Assembly (NCBI GenBank): GCA_009914755.4
Contig: CP068257.2
Coordinates: forward strand, 29,376,001 to 29,440,000
Source: the human T2T-CHM13v2.0 reference genome, Homo sapiens
Reading direction: 5' to 3'
Length of the DNA stretch: 64,000 nucleotides
The stretch's first letter is position 1. Every line of letters starts with the position of its first letter. The notes below the pieces were generated by a model. The model was not told the origin of the DNA, did no database searches, and saw only the letters and a program-made list of their open reading frames with translations. The position numbers were made by a program, and so were the translations under genes. Positions 1-13,395 of the stretch are shown here, in pieces.

Positions 1-36
1 GGGAAGAGTGTCTGGGAATCTCAAGTTAACAGAAAT

Positions 37-498
37 GTTATGGGTTGAATTGTGTCCTACCTCCTGCAACCTAAAATTAATATATTGAAGACCTAGCCCT
101 CAGTAGCTCAGAATGTGACCTTATTTGGGAATAGGGTTATTACAGATATAATCAGTTAAGATGAAGTCATGGTGTAGTAGGATGGGTCCCTAATCCAATA
201 TGACTGGTGTCTTGTAAAAAGAGGAAATCTGGACACAGACACAGGGAGAACCCCATATGAAGATGAAAACAGAGATTGGGGTGAGTCATCTACAAGTCAA
301 GGAATGCCCAAACTTGCCAGCAAACCACCAAAGGCTGGAAGAGAGACCTGGAGCAGACTCTTCCTCACAGCCTCAGAAGGAACCAGCCCTGCTGACACCT
401 GGATCTCATACTTCTGGCCTCCAGAACTGTGAGAGAATAAATTTCTTTAGCTTAGGCCACCCAGTCTGTGCGACTTCATGACAGCAGCCTTAGACAAT
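37..498 (+). mobile_element. MaLR-type solo LTR (MST/MLT1-like ERVL-MaLR)
   Basis: tgttatgggttgaattgtgtcctacctcctgcaacc…gggtccctaatccaatatgactggtgtcttgtaaaaagaggaaatctggacacagacacaggg…cctccagaactgtgagagaataaatttctttagcttaggccacccagtctgtg…gacagcagcc. It is collinear with the THE1/MST LTR architecture (TG…CA). The subfamily is not assigned. Confidence 0.6.
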
Positions 499-823
499 GA
501 ATTCAAGAAGCCTATTTCTAGCCCTGCTCTAATTTACCTCTGTCCAGCCACATCCAGGACATGTGGCAGATAATCTTTCTTCAAACTGGCGTGGCCAAAA
601 TATCTCCCACTAGACTCAAGCAAATGGCATCAGCAGAAATTACCTTTTTTAAAGTGAGTACAATTCAAGTGATGCCCAGACGGTCACATCAGAGGCCTCA
701 AGAACTCTGGCACTTCCCAGCACACTTGCAGGTTTCAGCCGAGATCACTTATGTACCTAAGCTCAAAACCATTGGCCCTCACAGCTCTGAAACTGGTTTT
801 CCTTTCCTTCTACAAGAACATAA

Positions 824-1176
<353 letters not shown>

Positions 1177-1796
1177 AACAGATTTTTAATGTACTTTTCC
1201 TTTTATAAACTATGTACAGAGCTGTCGTCACAAGAAAGCACAAGGCTCTCGAATACCTTCTTTGAGTGGTTATCAGGGAAAGAAATTCGGGAGATGCACA
1301 GTTTTCCCCAAAGGGATCTAATTCCCTTTTCTAAATCTTTAGCTTCCTGAATTAACAGGTTTAACAAAGGTAATCCAAAACCAAAGCTTTCACATGAGCT
1401 GTGTTCCAGAGATTATTTATAAAATGGCCTCATTGAGAAGCATTTTCTCACAGTGATAATATTATGAGTGAAAGAATCCTAGGCAGTTCAAGAAAACAAA
1501 AATAACTATTTAATCCATAATGTCACAGAAGCACCATTCCCAAAAAAGCAGGCTGAGTTTGACATCCTGGGACCAAGGGTTCCTGTACTTCCAAAGGGAA
1601 GGCCACTTTTCAAATGTTTTTAGTTCTCCCATTTATTTTACTTCCAGGAAGAAGTGGATGTTTTCATGTTAAATTTGGTTTGGCTGTGCAATAGGATATA
1701 GACTGGGGCTTTTCCTGACTCAGGATTAACTTAGGCACCAATCAGAAAATACTCATATGACTGTAAAATTCAAACCTCCACCGAGAAAATTTACAG

Positions 1797-2083
1797 GCTG
1801 GGTGCAGTGGTTCATGCCTATAATCCCAGAACTTTGGGAGGCTGAGGTGAGAGGATTGGATGAGCCCATGAGTTCAAGACCAGCCTGGGCAACATAGCAA
1901 GACCCCAGTCTCTTTAAAAAAAAATTTATTTCACCAGCACGGTGGCACACACCTGTGGTTGCCGCTACTCAGGAGGCTGAAGTGGGAGAATCGCTTGAGC
2001 CCAGGAGGTCAAGACTACAGTGAGCCAAGATCACACCACTGCACTCCAGCCTGGGTGACAGAGGAAGACCCTGTCTCATAAAA
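1797..2083 (+). mobile_element. Alu (older, J-like), tail converted into a (GGAA)n/(GGGA)n microsatellite
   Basis: ggctgggtgcagtggttcatgcctataatcccagaactttgggaggc…cactgcactccagcctgggtgacagaggaagaccctgtctc. Confidence 0.9.
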
Positions 2084-2084
2084 G

Positions 2085-2181
2085 AGGAAGGAAGGAAGGA
2101 AGGAAGGAAGGGAGGGAGGGAGGGAGGGAGGGAGGGAGGGAGGGAAGAAGGGAAGGAGAGAGTGAGGGAGGGAGGGACAGA
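2085..2181. repeat. (GGAA)n to (GGGA)n microsatellite, about 97 bp
   Basis: aggaaggaaggaaggaaggaagggagggagggagggaggg… read directly. Confidence 0.95.
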
Positions 2182-2828
2182 AAAGAAAGTTTACACTGTG
2201 AATTGAAGACCTGCTCCAGGATTCTTGAATCCCTTCATCTATTTCAGGAATATAAAGACTAAAGGGAGTGGCAATTTAGAATGAAGGTTTCTTTGGTGAG
2301 AGCTGGTAATGTCCTCTAGCTGAGCCCCCTGAGCTGCCATCCTCATCTTGAGTGTGATGAGAGGGGCTTCTACTCTAGGGTGCTTTAAAACCATGTTTTC
2401 TGCAGTTGGGTGACTCCAAGGACCAGTGCCTACTGACCCCAGAAAAAGCTAAATAAAACTGTGAAATTTCAACTTCTGGCTATGAGAGCATAGCTTGCTT
2501 CAAAGCAGCTTTCCCTTAAATAAACTATAAAAGCTGAATTTCTATTTAAAGTAGCTATTTCAAACCACAGCAGATAAAGCAAAGTAGCCAACATTTGAGG
2601 AATCAAGATCCAAAGAGAAAGAAAATGCACTGATATGATCATAACATTCTCTGCCACATTTCTCCTCCTGGTGTTTGCCAATTTCTCAGTGGCATGGCAG
2701 AAAAGACAAAAGAGTCAGTACACACAGTTATCCCTCAGTGTCCATAGGGATTGGTTCTAAGACTCACCCCTCCCCCCAACCCCAATACAGATAATCTGTG
2801 GATGCAAGGGACTTAAGAGTCACTTACA

Positions 2829-3180
<352 letters not shown>

Positions 3181-3295
3181 TTATGCTTTAATCATCTCTA
3201 GGTTACTTATAATACCTAATACAATGTAAATGCTATATAAGTAGTTGTTATACTGTATTGCTTTTTATTTGTGTTATTTTTATTGGTTGCTTTCC

Positions 3296-3565
3296 TTTTT
3301 TTGTTGTTTGTTTTTAGACAGGATGTTGCTCTGTCATCCAGGCTGGGCTGGAGTGCAGTGGTGTGAACCACAACTCACTGCAGCCTTGATTTCCTGGCCT
3401 CAAGCAATCTTCCTGCCTCAGCCTCCTAAGTAACTGAGGTGCATGCCATCACACTCGACTAATGTTTCTAATTTTTTGCAGAGACACATCTCTTTATGTT
3501 GCCCAGGCTGGTCTTGAACTCCTGGGCTCAAGCCATCCTTCTGCCCTGGGCTCAAGCCATCCTCC
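3296..3565 (-). mobile_element. Alu (J-like), 5'-truncated, with a 17-bp internal tandem duplication (ctgggctcaagccatcc)
   Basis: …agacaggatgttgctctgtcatccaggctgggctggagtgcagtgg…tgcctcagcctcctaagtaactgagg…gttgcccaggctggtcttgaactcctgggctcaagccatcc. Confidence 0.8.
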
Positions 3566-3589
3566 TGGCATCAAAAAAACACCAGGCAT

Positions 3590-4210
3590 GCCAAGAAATA
3601 GAACCAAGCGATTGTAAAAAAAGAGAGACGGGGAAAGAAAATGGACAACAGAAAGATACCCACAGCTCTTTAAACTAAATGTGATTGATGTGTTCAAGAA
3701 TATAGATAGCAAGATGGGGAATTTTATCAGAGAATTGAAATATACTAAGAAACAATATATAAAATTTAGAAATAAAAAATTCATTAGCTGAAATTAATAA
3801 CTCAAGAAACAGGGGTAACACCAGATTAGATAAACAGAAGAAATGATTAATGAACTGATATTGCTCATTATAAAAATAACTATTGAAGCATGAGAGGGGA
3901 AAAAAGGAAATACTTAAGAGTGGAATTGCTCTACGGAACAAGATAAAAGGCCTAAAGCATGTGTAAGTGGAGTCCCAGAAGGCAAAGGAAGAGAGAATGA
4001 ACAGAAATATTTGAAGAGATTATGAATGAGCCTTTTCTGATACTGAAAGGCAGCCATAGACTCAAGAAGTTCTGCAAACCACATGCAAGACAATCACAAA
4101 GAAATCTACACCAAGGCATATTATGGCAAAAACTGCTAAGAACCAAAGATAAGGAGAAAAAGAAACACACTAACACTTTCAGAGAAGCATGAAACTTTCA
4201 AAACACTCTT
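3590..4210 (+). mobile_element. L1 ORF1-region fragment (old L1M/L1PB-like), sense
   Basis: …gaagagattatgaatgagccttttctgatactgaaaggcagccatagactcaagaagttctgcaaaccacatgcaagacaatcacaaagaaatctacaccaaggcatattatggcaaaaactgctaagaaccaaagataaggagaaaaag… resembles the conserved L1 ORF1 C-terminal half. Confidence 0.55.
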
Positions 4211-5294
4211 TTCCTTCTGTAATCTTATTTCTATGAAGAGGTGCATATGGGACCCATTGACTCTCTCCTCTCTTATCCCCAAGCAGCCTATCCAGTAAGG
4301 TGGTCAAGTAAGGAGAATTTCTCTCTTTACAACCCAGTCAAGCAGCTCACTTCTTGAATTGGAAGATGCACTCTGTGTTAATCTGTGGCAGAGAGTGCTA
4401 GCTTCCTTCTCAATCATTACTCTCCCCTTCCTCTCTACAAACAGAACCAATGTGCCTAGCTAAAACCAAACAGAAACAACATCCCCTCATTATCCAGCAT
4501 CAACTGTAGTTAGAAATGGCTATGGGACACAGTTCTAGCCAATAATAATTAAGCAGCATTTTTTCATGTGGCTACCAGGAAGCACCTTCAAATGGAATAG
4601 AATCAGTCGGCACACAGTTAGTTAGGCTTGTCCTCTTTGCTTTCCTCTTCTGACTTGAAGTGCAGCTATGATGGCAGGAGCTGCAGCAGGCATATTACAA
4701 CTGAAAATGAAAGAAAAGCTAAAGAATTTCAAAAATCGATCTGGACATTCTTGAGCTGCTCCACAAACTATCGTCTGATTATCCCAAAACTTCTTTGTCA
4801 TTTGAAAGGATCATAAAACACTAAGCCACTATTATTTGGATTGTTTTGATATATGCAGCTAAACCCAAACTCTGTTAGAGCTTCCCTTTTCTTGTGGCTT
4901 GAAACAAATCTGTAAAAAAATTCTTCTATTGAGTTCAGCTTGTTGCTGCTTTGAAGCTAAGGAAAGCCTCAAAATATCTGACCTAAGAAGAAACTAATCA
5001 GCTTCTTATTCTCACATGGCATTTTTTCAACAGAAGAGAGAGACAATTTAATACAAGATATATGATCATCAAATTCTGAGCCCTTGCTCAAGGGAAATCT
5101 GAGTAGCTAAGATGCAAGTCAATCTGTCTTTGGTCTCTAGTATCTACTTCAGTTCAGAACAGAGAGCACAGTATTTAATTATGTCTCAGATTCTGAACAC
5201 AGAGGGGAATTGGGGAACAAGTTTCCTTCCAAATCAGAGCCTATGGTGAAGGAGCAGATTTTTTTTTCCAGTCCATCACAGAGCTATACTTTTA

Positions 5295-5710
<416 letters not shown>

Positions 5711-5865
5711 TTATCAATTCAAGAGACATAAAGTAATTGTCAAAATGCTTTTTTTTTTTAAAGTTTCTTAAGTCTTACTCTCAATTTTAGTACTTGTCTT
5801 ACTGTGATCTACTAACAGGTCAAGTACCAGCACTGGTCCACAGACTACAAGTTGAATAGAACAGC

Positions 5866-6250
5866 TATTGCAATATCTTAGTCAGCTAGGGCTGCTACAA
5901 CAAAGTGCCCCAAGCAGGGTGACTTAACAGAAACGTATTTCTCACAGTTCTGGATACTAGAAGCCCAAGATCAAGCAATCAGTAGGTTTCATCTCTCCAA
6001 AGGCCTTTCTCCTTGGCTTGCAGGTGGCTGCCTTCTTGCTGTGTGCTGTGTCCCCATCTGGCCTTTCCTCTGTGCACTTGTATCCCTCTCACTTCTTATA
6101 AGGACACCAGTCCTATGGAGTTAGGGTCCCAACCTTATGACCTCATTTAACATTAATTTTCTCATTAAAGTCCTATTTGCAAATGCAGTCACATTGGGGG
6201 TTAGAACATTAACATACGAATTTGAGGAGTCAGAATTCAATCCATAATAA
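5866..6250 (-). mobile_element. MaLR-type solo LTR (antisense reading)
   Basis: …tcagctagggctgctacaacaaagtgccccaagcagggtgacttaacagaaacgtatttctcacagttctggatactagaagcccaagatcaag…ccttatgacctcatttaac…cattgggggttagaacattaacatacgaattt. Reads as the reverse complement of the family at 37-498. Confidence 0.55.
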
Positions 6251-7334
6251 GAGTAATGCTTATATAAGCTTCTTCAATCGTTCTCTGCCTTAGCCTCGTT
6301 AGAATCTGAAGAGAAAGACCTCTAGATGTCCTCTTATCTCTGAGGGGATTAGAAAGTGCAAAAAGAAAAAAAGAAAAGTCCCTCACAGACAGTGTTCGTT
6401 TATCCACAGTTCATCTCCAATCAAAAAAGATCATTTTAACAAATCAGCTTGTAAACCTCTCCATCATGGTTCTCCCACCTTCTTCATCTGTTCTGTTTAT
6501 CTTTGCATAGATTTCCTCCAAAGAAGTCCTAAAGGATCAAAAAAACTTTTTTAATGAATATTTCAAAGTATGATTGAACAAAGCAACAGCTTTTGAAAAA
6601 AATTATACAGACTTTCCTTACTGTGACTGTTGGACCTGCTGTCTTTCTCAAGGGTTATATTTTTGTTTACATTTTACTTAGGTTTCCTTGGGATTTCATT
6701 TTGATGTGTGAGTTTTAGTGTGTGTTCCCGTAGCTCAGGGACAAGGATGGAGCTAATAGAGAGCAGAATTGTAAATCGGGTGTTTTCTCTAACACATTTG
6801 TAAGAGTGTGCTAGAATACTCCTGTGCTGGTATCTCTATCTCTTGCCAGCTGTGACCCATCTTGTGTGCACCCAAGCAGATATTTTGTCAGGAGGCCCAT
6901 GAACCACACTAGTGTTCACTTTGTCTTGGAGTAAAGATTTTTCTTTCTCCTTTGCCTGCAACAGCATACATTTATACTGTCAAATCATATATTTTGTTCC
7001 TAAAGATGTCTTCATTTCTTTTTCTAATTCCACAGCAATCTGCTGATTTAACTCACGTCTCTAAGAGGTGACAGTTCAAGGAATCTGGTACATACAACCT
7101 GATATTTATAATCAGTTCTACTAATGGCTGCTTCAGTAAGTCTACTCTTGTTGATAATATTTCAGAAAATGAATGATTGTCAGACTACTTAAAATTGCAT
7201 TTGTAACCAACAAATAAATATTTGAAAGCCTTGCTGCAAACTATGTACACTGAGAGGCCCTTCAAAGAAAATAGACACTCAGAAAGCCTTTCTTAAGTAT
7301 TTGCAATCCTTTTTTTAATAAGATAAATTAGAAT

Positions 7335-7362
7335 TTTATTTTATTTTATTTTATTTTATTTT
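7335..7362. repeat. (TTTTA)n pentanucleotide repeat (Alu tail)
   Basis: ttttattttattttattttattttattttattttatttt. Confidence 0.9.
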
Positions 7363-7653
7363 TAGCGAGAGACAGGGTCTTGCTCTGTCACCCAGCCTGA
7401 AGTACAGTAGTACAATCATAACTCACTGCAGCCTCGACCTCCTGGGCTCAAGTAATCCTCCTTACTCAACTTCCCAAGTAGCGGAAACTACAGGCACACA
7501 CCACCACACTTGGCTAGGTTTTTTTTTAATTTTTTGTAGAGATGGGGTCTTGCTATGTTGCCCAGGCTGGTTTCAAACTCCTGGACTCAAGCAATCTTCC
7601 CACCTTTGCCTCCCAGAGTGTTGGGATTAAAGGTGTGAGCCACCACATCTGGC
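7335..7653 (-). mobile_element. Alu (J-like) with a (TTTTA)n-modified tail
   Basis: (ttatt)n at 7335-7362, then agcgagagacagggtcttgctctgtcacccagcctgaagtacagtag…gtgtgagccaccacatctggc. Target-site duplication aaattagaatttt at 7326-7338 and 7654-7666. Confidence 0.9.
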
Positions 7654-7746
7654 AAATTAGAATTTTTAAGTAGGGCAAAGATGTATAGACTGCAGAAATA
7701 TATTTTATTTATATGCTAATGTTATATTTCATCATATAAACTTTTG

Positions 7747-8031
7747 GGTCAGGCGTGGTGGCTCATGCCTATAATTCTAGCACTTTGGGAGCCTGAGGCA
7801 GGAGGATCACTTGAGGCCAGGAGTTCCAGACCAGCCTACCCAACATGGCAAAACCCCATCTCTACTAAAAATACAAAAATTAGCCAGGCATGGTGGCATA
7901 TACCTGTAATCCCAGCTACTCGGGAGGCTGAGGCAGGAGAATTGCTTAACCCAGCAGGTGGAGGTTGCAGTGAGCCGAGATTGCATCACTGCACTCCAGC
8001 CTGGACAACAGAACAAGACTCCATCTCAAAA
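7747..8031 (+). mobile_element. Alu (S-like); forms an inverted pair with the preceding Alu, with a 93-bp spacer
   Basis: ggtcaggcgtggtggctcatgcctataattctagcactttgggagcctgagg…actccatctcaaaa. Target-site duplication aaacttttgg at 7737-7746 and 8050-8059. Confidence 0.9.
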
Positions 8032-8465
8032 TGAACCAACAAACAAAACAAACTTTTGGATTTTATTAAATCTACAAATAAAGACCAGAAAACTTCCTTG
8101 TGGAACCTATGCTCACCTATAACTGTTGTGAATGTTCAAATCACAGTTAACGTCCAGTCATACTTTTAAATGTACTTCTAACATTTTGTTTCCATGAAAA
8201 TGTTTTTGCCTTATTAAGACTTGCTTAAAATAGCCTGTCCAAGCCTTTGTTTCTTGATCTGCAAAACTTAGAGAATTGGACTAACAGTTAAGAGGCATTT
8301 TAATTCCTTTATTCTTTTTACTGACCTGCATGTTTATCTTCTTGTGATCTAGTTGTTGCTATTCTTGCTTTAAAATTTCACATTATATTTCTTCAATTAA
8401 AATGTAAGCTCTTGGGAGCAGAAATCATACCATGTCTGTTTTATATATCAGCCTCAGTTTGATTT

Positions 8466-8866
8466 TGCTGCTATAACAAAATGAGACTAAGTAATTTACA
8501 AAAAGAGAAATACATCTCTTACAGTTCTGGAGGCTGAGAAATCCAAGATCAAGGCACCAGCAGATTCCATGCCTGGTGAGGGCTGTTCTCTGCTTCCAAG
8601 ATGGCACCCTGTTCCTACATCCACACCTGGCAGAAGAGATGAATGCTGTGTCTTCAAACGACAGAAAATGGAAGGCCAAAAAGGGGTGCAGCTAGTTCCT
8701 TCCATCCCTTTTATAGTGGTTTTTGAGGTGGTTAACACCTCATTCATGAGGGTGAAGCTTTCACGACCTAGTCACCTCTCAAGGCCTACCTTTTAATATC
8801 ATCACCTTGGGGTTTACATTCCAACATACGAGTTTTGGAGGGATGCATACATTTAAACCACAGCAA
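8466..8866 (-). mobile_element. MaLR-type solo LTR (antisense reading)
   Basis: tgctgctataacaaaatgagactaagtaatttacaaaaagagaaatacatctcttacagttctggaggctgagaaatccaagatcaaggcaccagcag…ggatgcatacatttaaaccacagca. Confidence 0.55.
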
Positions 8867-10061
8867 TCCCCTATAGTGGTGCTACTGAAAGTACTGGGCC
8901 TCAAACTATTTGTTACTGGTCCCTGATGAGGTCAGGAGCTTATACCAAAATATAATTCAACCACACACATAGATCTGTTTAGTTGAGCCAACGTTTTTTT
9001 CTGAGAAGGACTTTCTTGATGAAGGAATCTGTATGTTGATTTACCTTTCTGGAATAAGCTTCCTATCTCACCATAACAAATGGTTCTGGGAAAAACACCA
9101 GTCTGTGGACTGTACTTTGAGTAGGACTGGTCTATAGAGATTTTCTATAAAGGTCTATTTAAAATTCTCAGTAAATATTGGTTGTTTGACAAATGACTCA
9201 TCTGTTCACTTAATGGACACTGATAGAGCATTCATGATGGAAGATGGCAGTAAGAGGTACTATGGTGGGGCAGGATGGGGACACACAAGCCTATGGTTAC
9301 TTACAGTCTATTAAGCAAGATGACATATTTTAAATAAGTGGAAAGTAGAACAAAAAATGTATAACAAAGGCACAAATAAAACACCATGAAAGTTCAAAAG
9401 AGGGAAGGAATTCATCTTACAAGTCACTTGGGAGAGGTAATCTGGAAACTTCTAACTTGAAGGCGGAGCAGAATGTTGAATGATGGAGTTGGGTATGGGG
9501 ACCATCACCCAGAGCAAACACAGGATGCAAGGAAGCTGTAGACATGTTTAGGAGACCACCCAAGTTTGCTTACTACTGCCTTTCCTACTATTTGATTTGG
9601 GACAAGCATTCAAGCTCTGCACAGTATCTTGCCCGCACCTGTTAAAATGGAAATAATAAAAATAGTATTCATCTTATAGGGTGAAGATCAAAGGGCTTAA
9701 TTCAAGTAAAGTGTTTAGAGCAATGGCCAGTGCTCAATAACTGTCAACTCTTGCTGTTCTCATTATCATTCATCACATTGTTTTTATGGAATGTTAACTT
9801 TGTACTAGCTCTTTGATTCTTTCAATATCTTCGGTTTTATGCTTTAGAAAATAAAAAAGCTACCGAAGTCTTTGAACTACCATGAGACCGAGAGTAGAGA
9901 AGAATGGATTAAGTCAGAAATGTGATGGTTACCTACAATTAAGGAGCAAAAGGAGAAAGCAAAATTAGCAAAGAAAACAAAAAAGCATTATCTGGGAGGT
10001 AGGAAGAAAACCAGATAAAGACGGGCAGTTGGAATCTGAGCTAGGAAAAAATGTTTTAGCC

Positions 10062-10135
10062 ATTATAACAAAAATAATAATAATAAAAATAATAATAACA
10101 AATACTAACAAAAATAATAACAAAAATAGGCCATT
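10062..10135. repeat. A-rich low-complexity (AATAAT/AAAAT)n stretch
   Basis: aaaataataataataaaaataataataacaaatactaacaaaaataataacaaaaatag. Confidence 0.8.
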
Positions 10136-10499
10136 AACAAAATCAGCTATTGGGGGAAGAAAAGAAGCAGTTGAATTTGAGAAGTATGACGTCATTCACA
10201 GCAACCCTTAAGGGAATTTCTTCAGGGTGACTGAAGCAGACACTAGATTGCAAGAAATAGAGAAGAGAGAAAACAGTGAGGAAAGGGAAGCAGTATAGAT
10301 AATATACTCATTCTTTTGTATTTACTTTCTGTGACTGAACATGCATGTGTTTATAGGCCACTGAAATGACAGCCAACACCTAAAGGCAGCTTATCTCTCT
10401 TAAAGATAGGTCATAGACATCTATTGTTTTTTCTGTCCTACATCATCCCCAACTCGTTCTTTAAACTACTTCTACCTGTACCTCAAACATTGAAGGTGA

Positions 10500-10823
<324 letters not shown>

Positions 10824-13091
10824 AATATATGGATTTCTAAATGAGGTACCAGAGAGAAAGCATGAGTCCGTCCTTCCCGTGTAGTAAAAATTTTAAGATG
10901 AAAAACTTTGGTGCTTTCAGACGTTGTGTTTCTTCCCTGCTGGGCTAAGCCAGTCACTCTGCAAAGAAAGATAATGATTCCATTTCTCAGACAGAAGCAG
11001 ATTGAAGAAATGAAGAGAAAGAATCCTAAGGGCAGCTAGACCCTAGTTACAGTTACTTCTGAGGCACAGCCACATTCTGCCTGCCCAGTGGTTTTCCCAT
11101 GTCACACTTTCTTGCTTTCCATGAGCCAACATACTTACTCTCGTCTTAGGTACTCTGAGTTAGATATGTGCCCCCTTGAGACTTTAAATGACCTAATACA
11201 AGAAGGAATATATGCAACGAAGGCTTGGTAGATGTTGGAAATATTAGCACAATGATTTAGGACGATGGCATGCTATTCTTGAAATTGAAATGAAACATAA
11301 GGCAATAAAACACTTCTTGTTAATGTGAAAGAATGAAGATGGTTAAAGACACAGATGAAGTGGGTCTAAATCTCAGTCTTTAACTCAAGCAGGCAATACA
11401 TATTGTATTTTTCTATAACTCAACCTAATTGTTATTATAAGCCCCCATCCCCCTGGGTTGGTGGAAATTTTATCCTAGTTGGTTCTGGCCTCCCTGCTTT
11501 CTTCTCCAGAGTTCTATCAATGTTCCAGGGTGCTTACAGAATCCTGAAACATGGCTGGGGAGAAGGGAGTTGAAATATTGGTCTGTGAAGTTTTCTGCCA
11601 AGTCATGTTTGTTTCTGCTCATGGTGACTTCAAGTCTGGTGGCTTTTCTGCTGTTTCCATATAATGCCAGTGGCAAGGGACTCTCACTATCACCTTTGTG
11701 CCACACCAGGGGTGCAATAATCTCTACTAGACTAAGAGCCCATCTGGTATACACCACGAGTCCAATTTCTCTCCGCAATTCTGCTAGACAAGGCAGCAGG
11801 TGCACTTTTGCTAGGATTTACGAAGAGCAGATCCTCTGTTCTCACATCATCCAAGAGGAATCTTCTAGTTTTGGGAAGGACTGAAGTGGGGCAGGGACAA
11901 GAATTCTTCTTTCATGTTTTTCCCCACCATTGAGTCCGTCCTTAGTTGCCCTCTTCTTCTTAAGAGCTCAGAGTATTTGAAACCAAAATCATTAAGACCC
12001 ATCCTGTCCTACCTCTCCACTGAGACAATGAACATGGAGACAATTTACCGCTTCTATGGACAGGAAGGAAAAGCAGGAAATGTTGGAAGAAAACAAGTTG
12101 ATAGAGGTTAATATCTCAAAAATATCCTAACACTCAGAGAACTTTAGAAATGAAATAAGAGAAAATGAGAGGAGTTCTCATTAGATGGACTTGATGATCT
12201 CGGTAAATGAAGAGATGAGAGTTTTCTGTGGGGAGAAGAGAGCTGAGGATTGACAGCTGATTCAGAGGATTGCTGAACAGCAGAAGGAGCTGGGCACCCA
12301 GACAACTTGAACTTACCCCCAAGCCCTCAGCACTGTTTCTCAGCTTCCTCTACCAGGTCCTGTCACCCAGAAATGGCATGAGAAAGGGTTCAGTAAGAAG
12401 TATCCAGACATGGATGTGACAAATGGGGACAGTGAAGGGCCAAGGGTGGTGAGGGATGCTAAGGTGCTGGCGAGGAAACTGCACAAAGGAGTCACGGGAT
12501 CCAGGCTGGGTAGAGGGACAACGGAGGCAGACTGGGGCGAAGAGTTCAGACAAGAGACCAGAGCTGTGGGAGCAGATGTCCCAGTGAGGATGAAGAGCCA
12601 CTTCAACACAAATGAGAACATGAGGGTTGGAGAAGCAGAGAATCCAGATCTGACAAAGTCCTAGGAGATGATAAAGAATACTGCTGGAAGGTCCACATAC
12701 CCTGCCTATGCTGAGAACCAGGTCTGCTATTAAACCCAGAAACACCCACTCTAAGCCATCATCCACCCCAGGACCACCTATATCAGTTCCCGTGGACTCT
12801 CTAGTAAGTAGGAACTGGATTGTCCCAAGGAACCGGGAACTGTCCCCACCAAGTATTTGCTTAATTCAAGATTTCCAAAGTCTTATGAAAACAGGGACTA
12901 AGAACATGACCCATAAGGCACACATTGGGATATTAGCAATGTCAGACAGCCGTGTGGTGAAGAACGCCACAGAGTCTAAGGTCTGCTGCATGGGAACGGC
13001 TGAATGTTTCCACAAAGAGGGCATTAAGTTTTTAATCTTCATTTTGCACATGATTTTCGCTCTTCTTTGGGTAAGGCAAATCTCATCACTG

Positions 13092-13395
13092 GTTTTTGTT
13101 GTTGTGTTTTGACACAGGGTCTCACTCTGTCACCCAGGCTGGGGTGCAGTGGCAGGATCGTGGCTCACTGCTGCCTCAAACACCTAGGCTCAAGCAATCC
13201 TCCCACTTCAACCTCCCAAATAGCCATGACTACAGGCAGCACCACAATGCCCAGCTAATTTTTAATTTTTTTTTGTAAGAGAGGGTGGTCTCACTATGGT
13301 ACCCAGGCTGCTCTTGAACTCCTGGCCTCAAGCAGTCCTCCCAGCTCAGCCTCCCAAAGTGCTGGGATAACAGCCATGAGCCACCGCACCCGGCC
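13092..13395 (-). mobile_element. Alu (J-like)
   Basis: ttgacacagggtctcactctgtcacccaggctggggtgcagtggcagg…ccatgagccaccgcacccggcc. Target-site duplication ctcatca(c/t)tgg. Confidence 0.88.

Noticed and set aside
11470-11884. ORFs of 104-111 aa on both strands at 11470-11884
   Set aside because: Mutually overlapping, with no similarity to known proteins that I recognise and no promoter or poly(A) context. Treated as spurious.
12350-13112. ORFs of 134-138 aa (12350-12766 minus, 12708-13112 plus), the largest non-repeat ORFs in the track
   Set aside because: No recognisable domain or family and no codon-usage or CpG signal. They are overlapping opposite-strand ORFs in unique AT-rich intergenic DNA, and one runs into an Alu. 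Chance ORFs of this size are expected in 64 kb × 6 frames.
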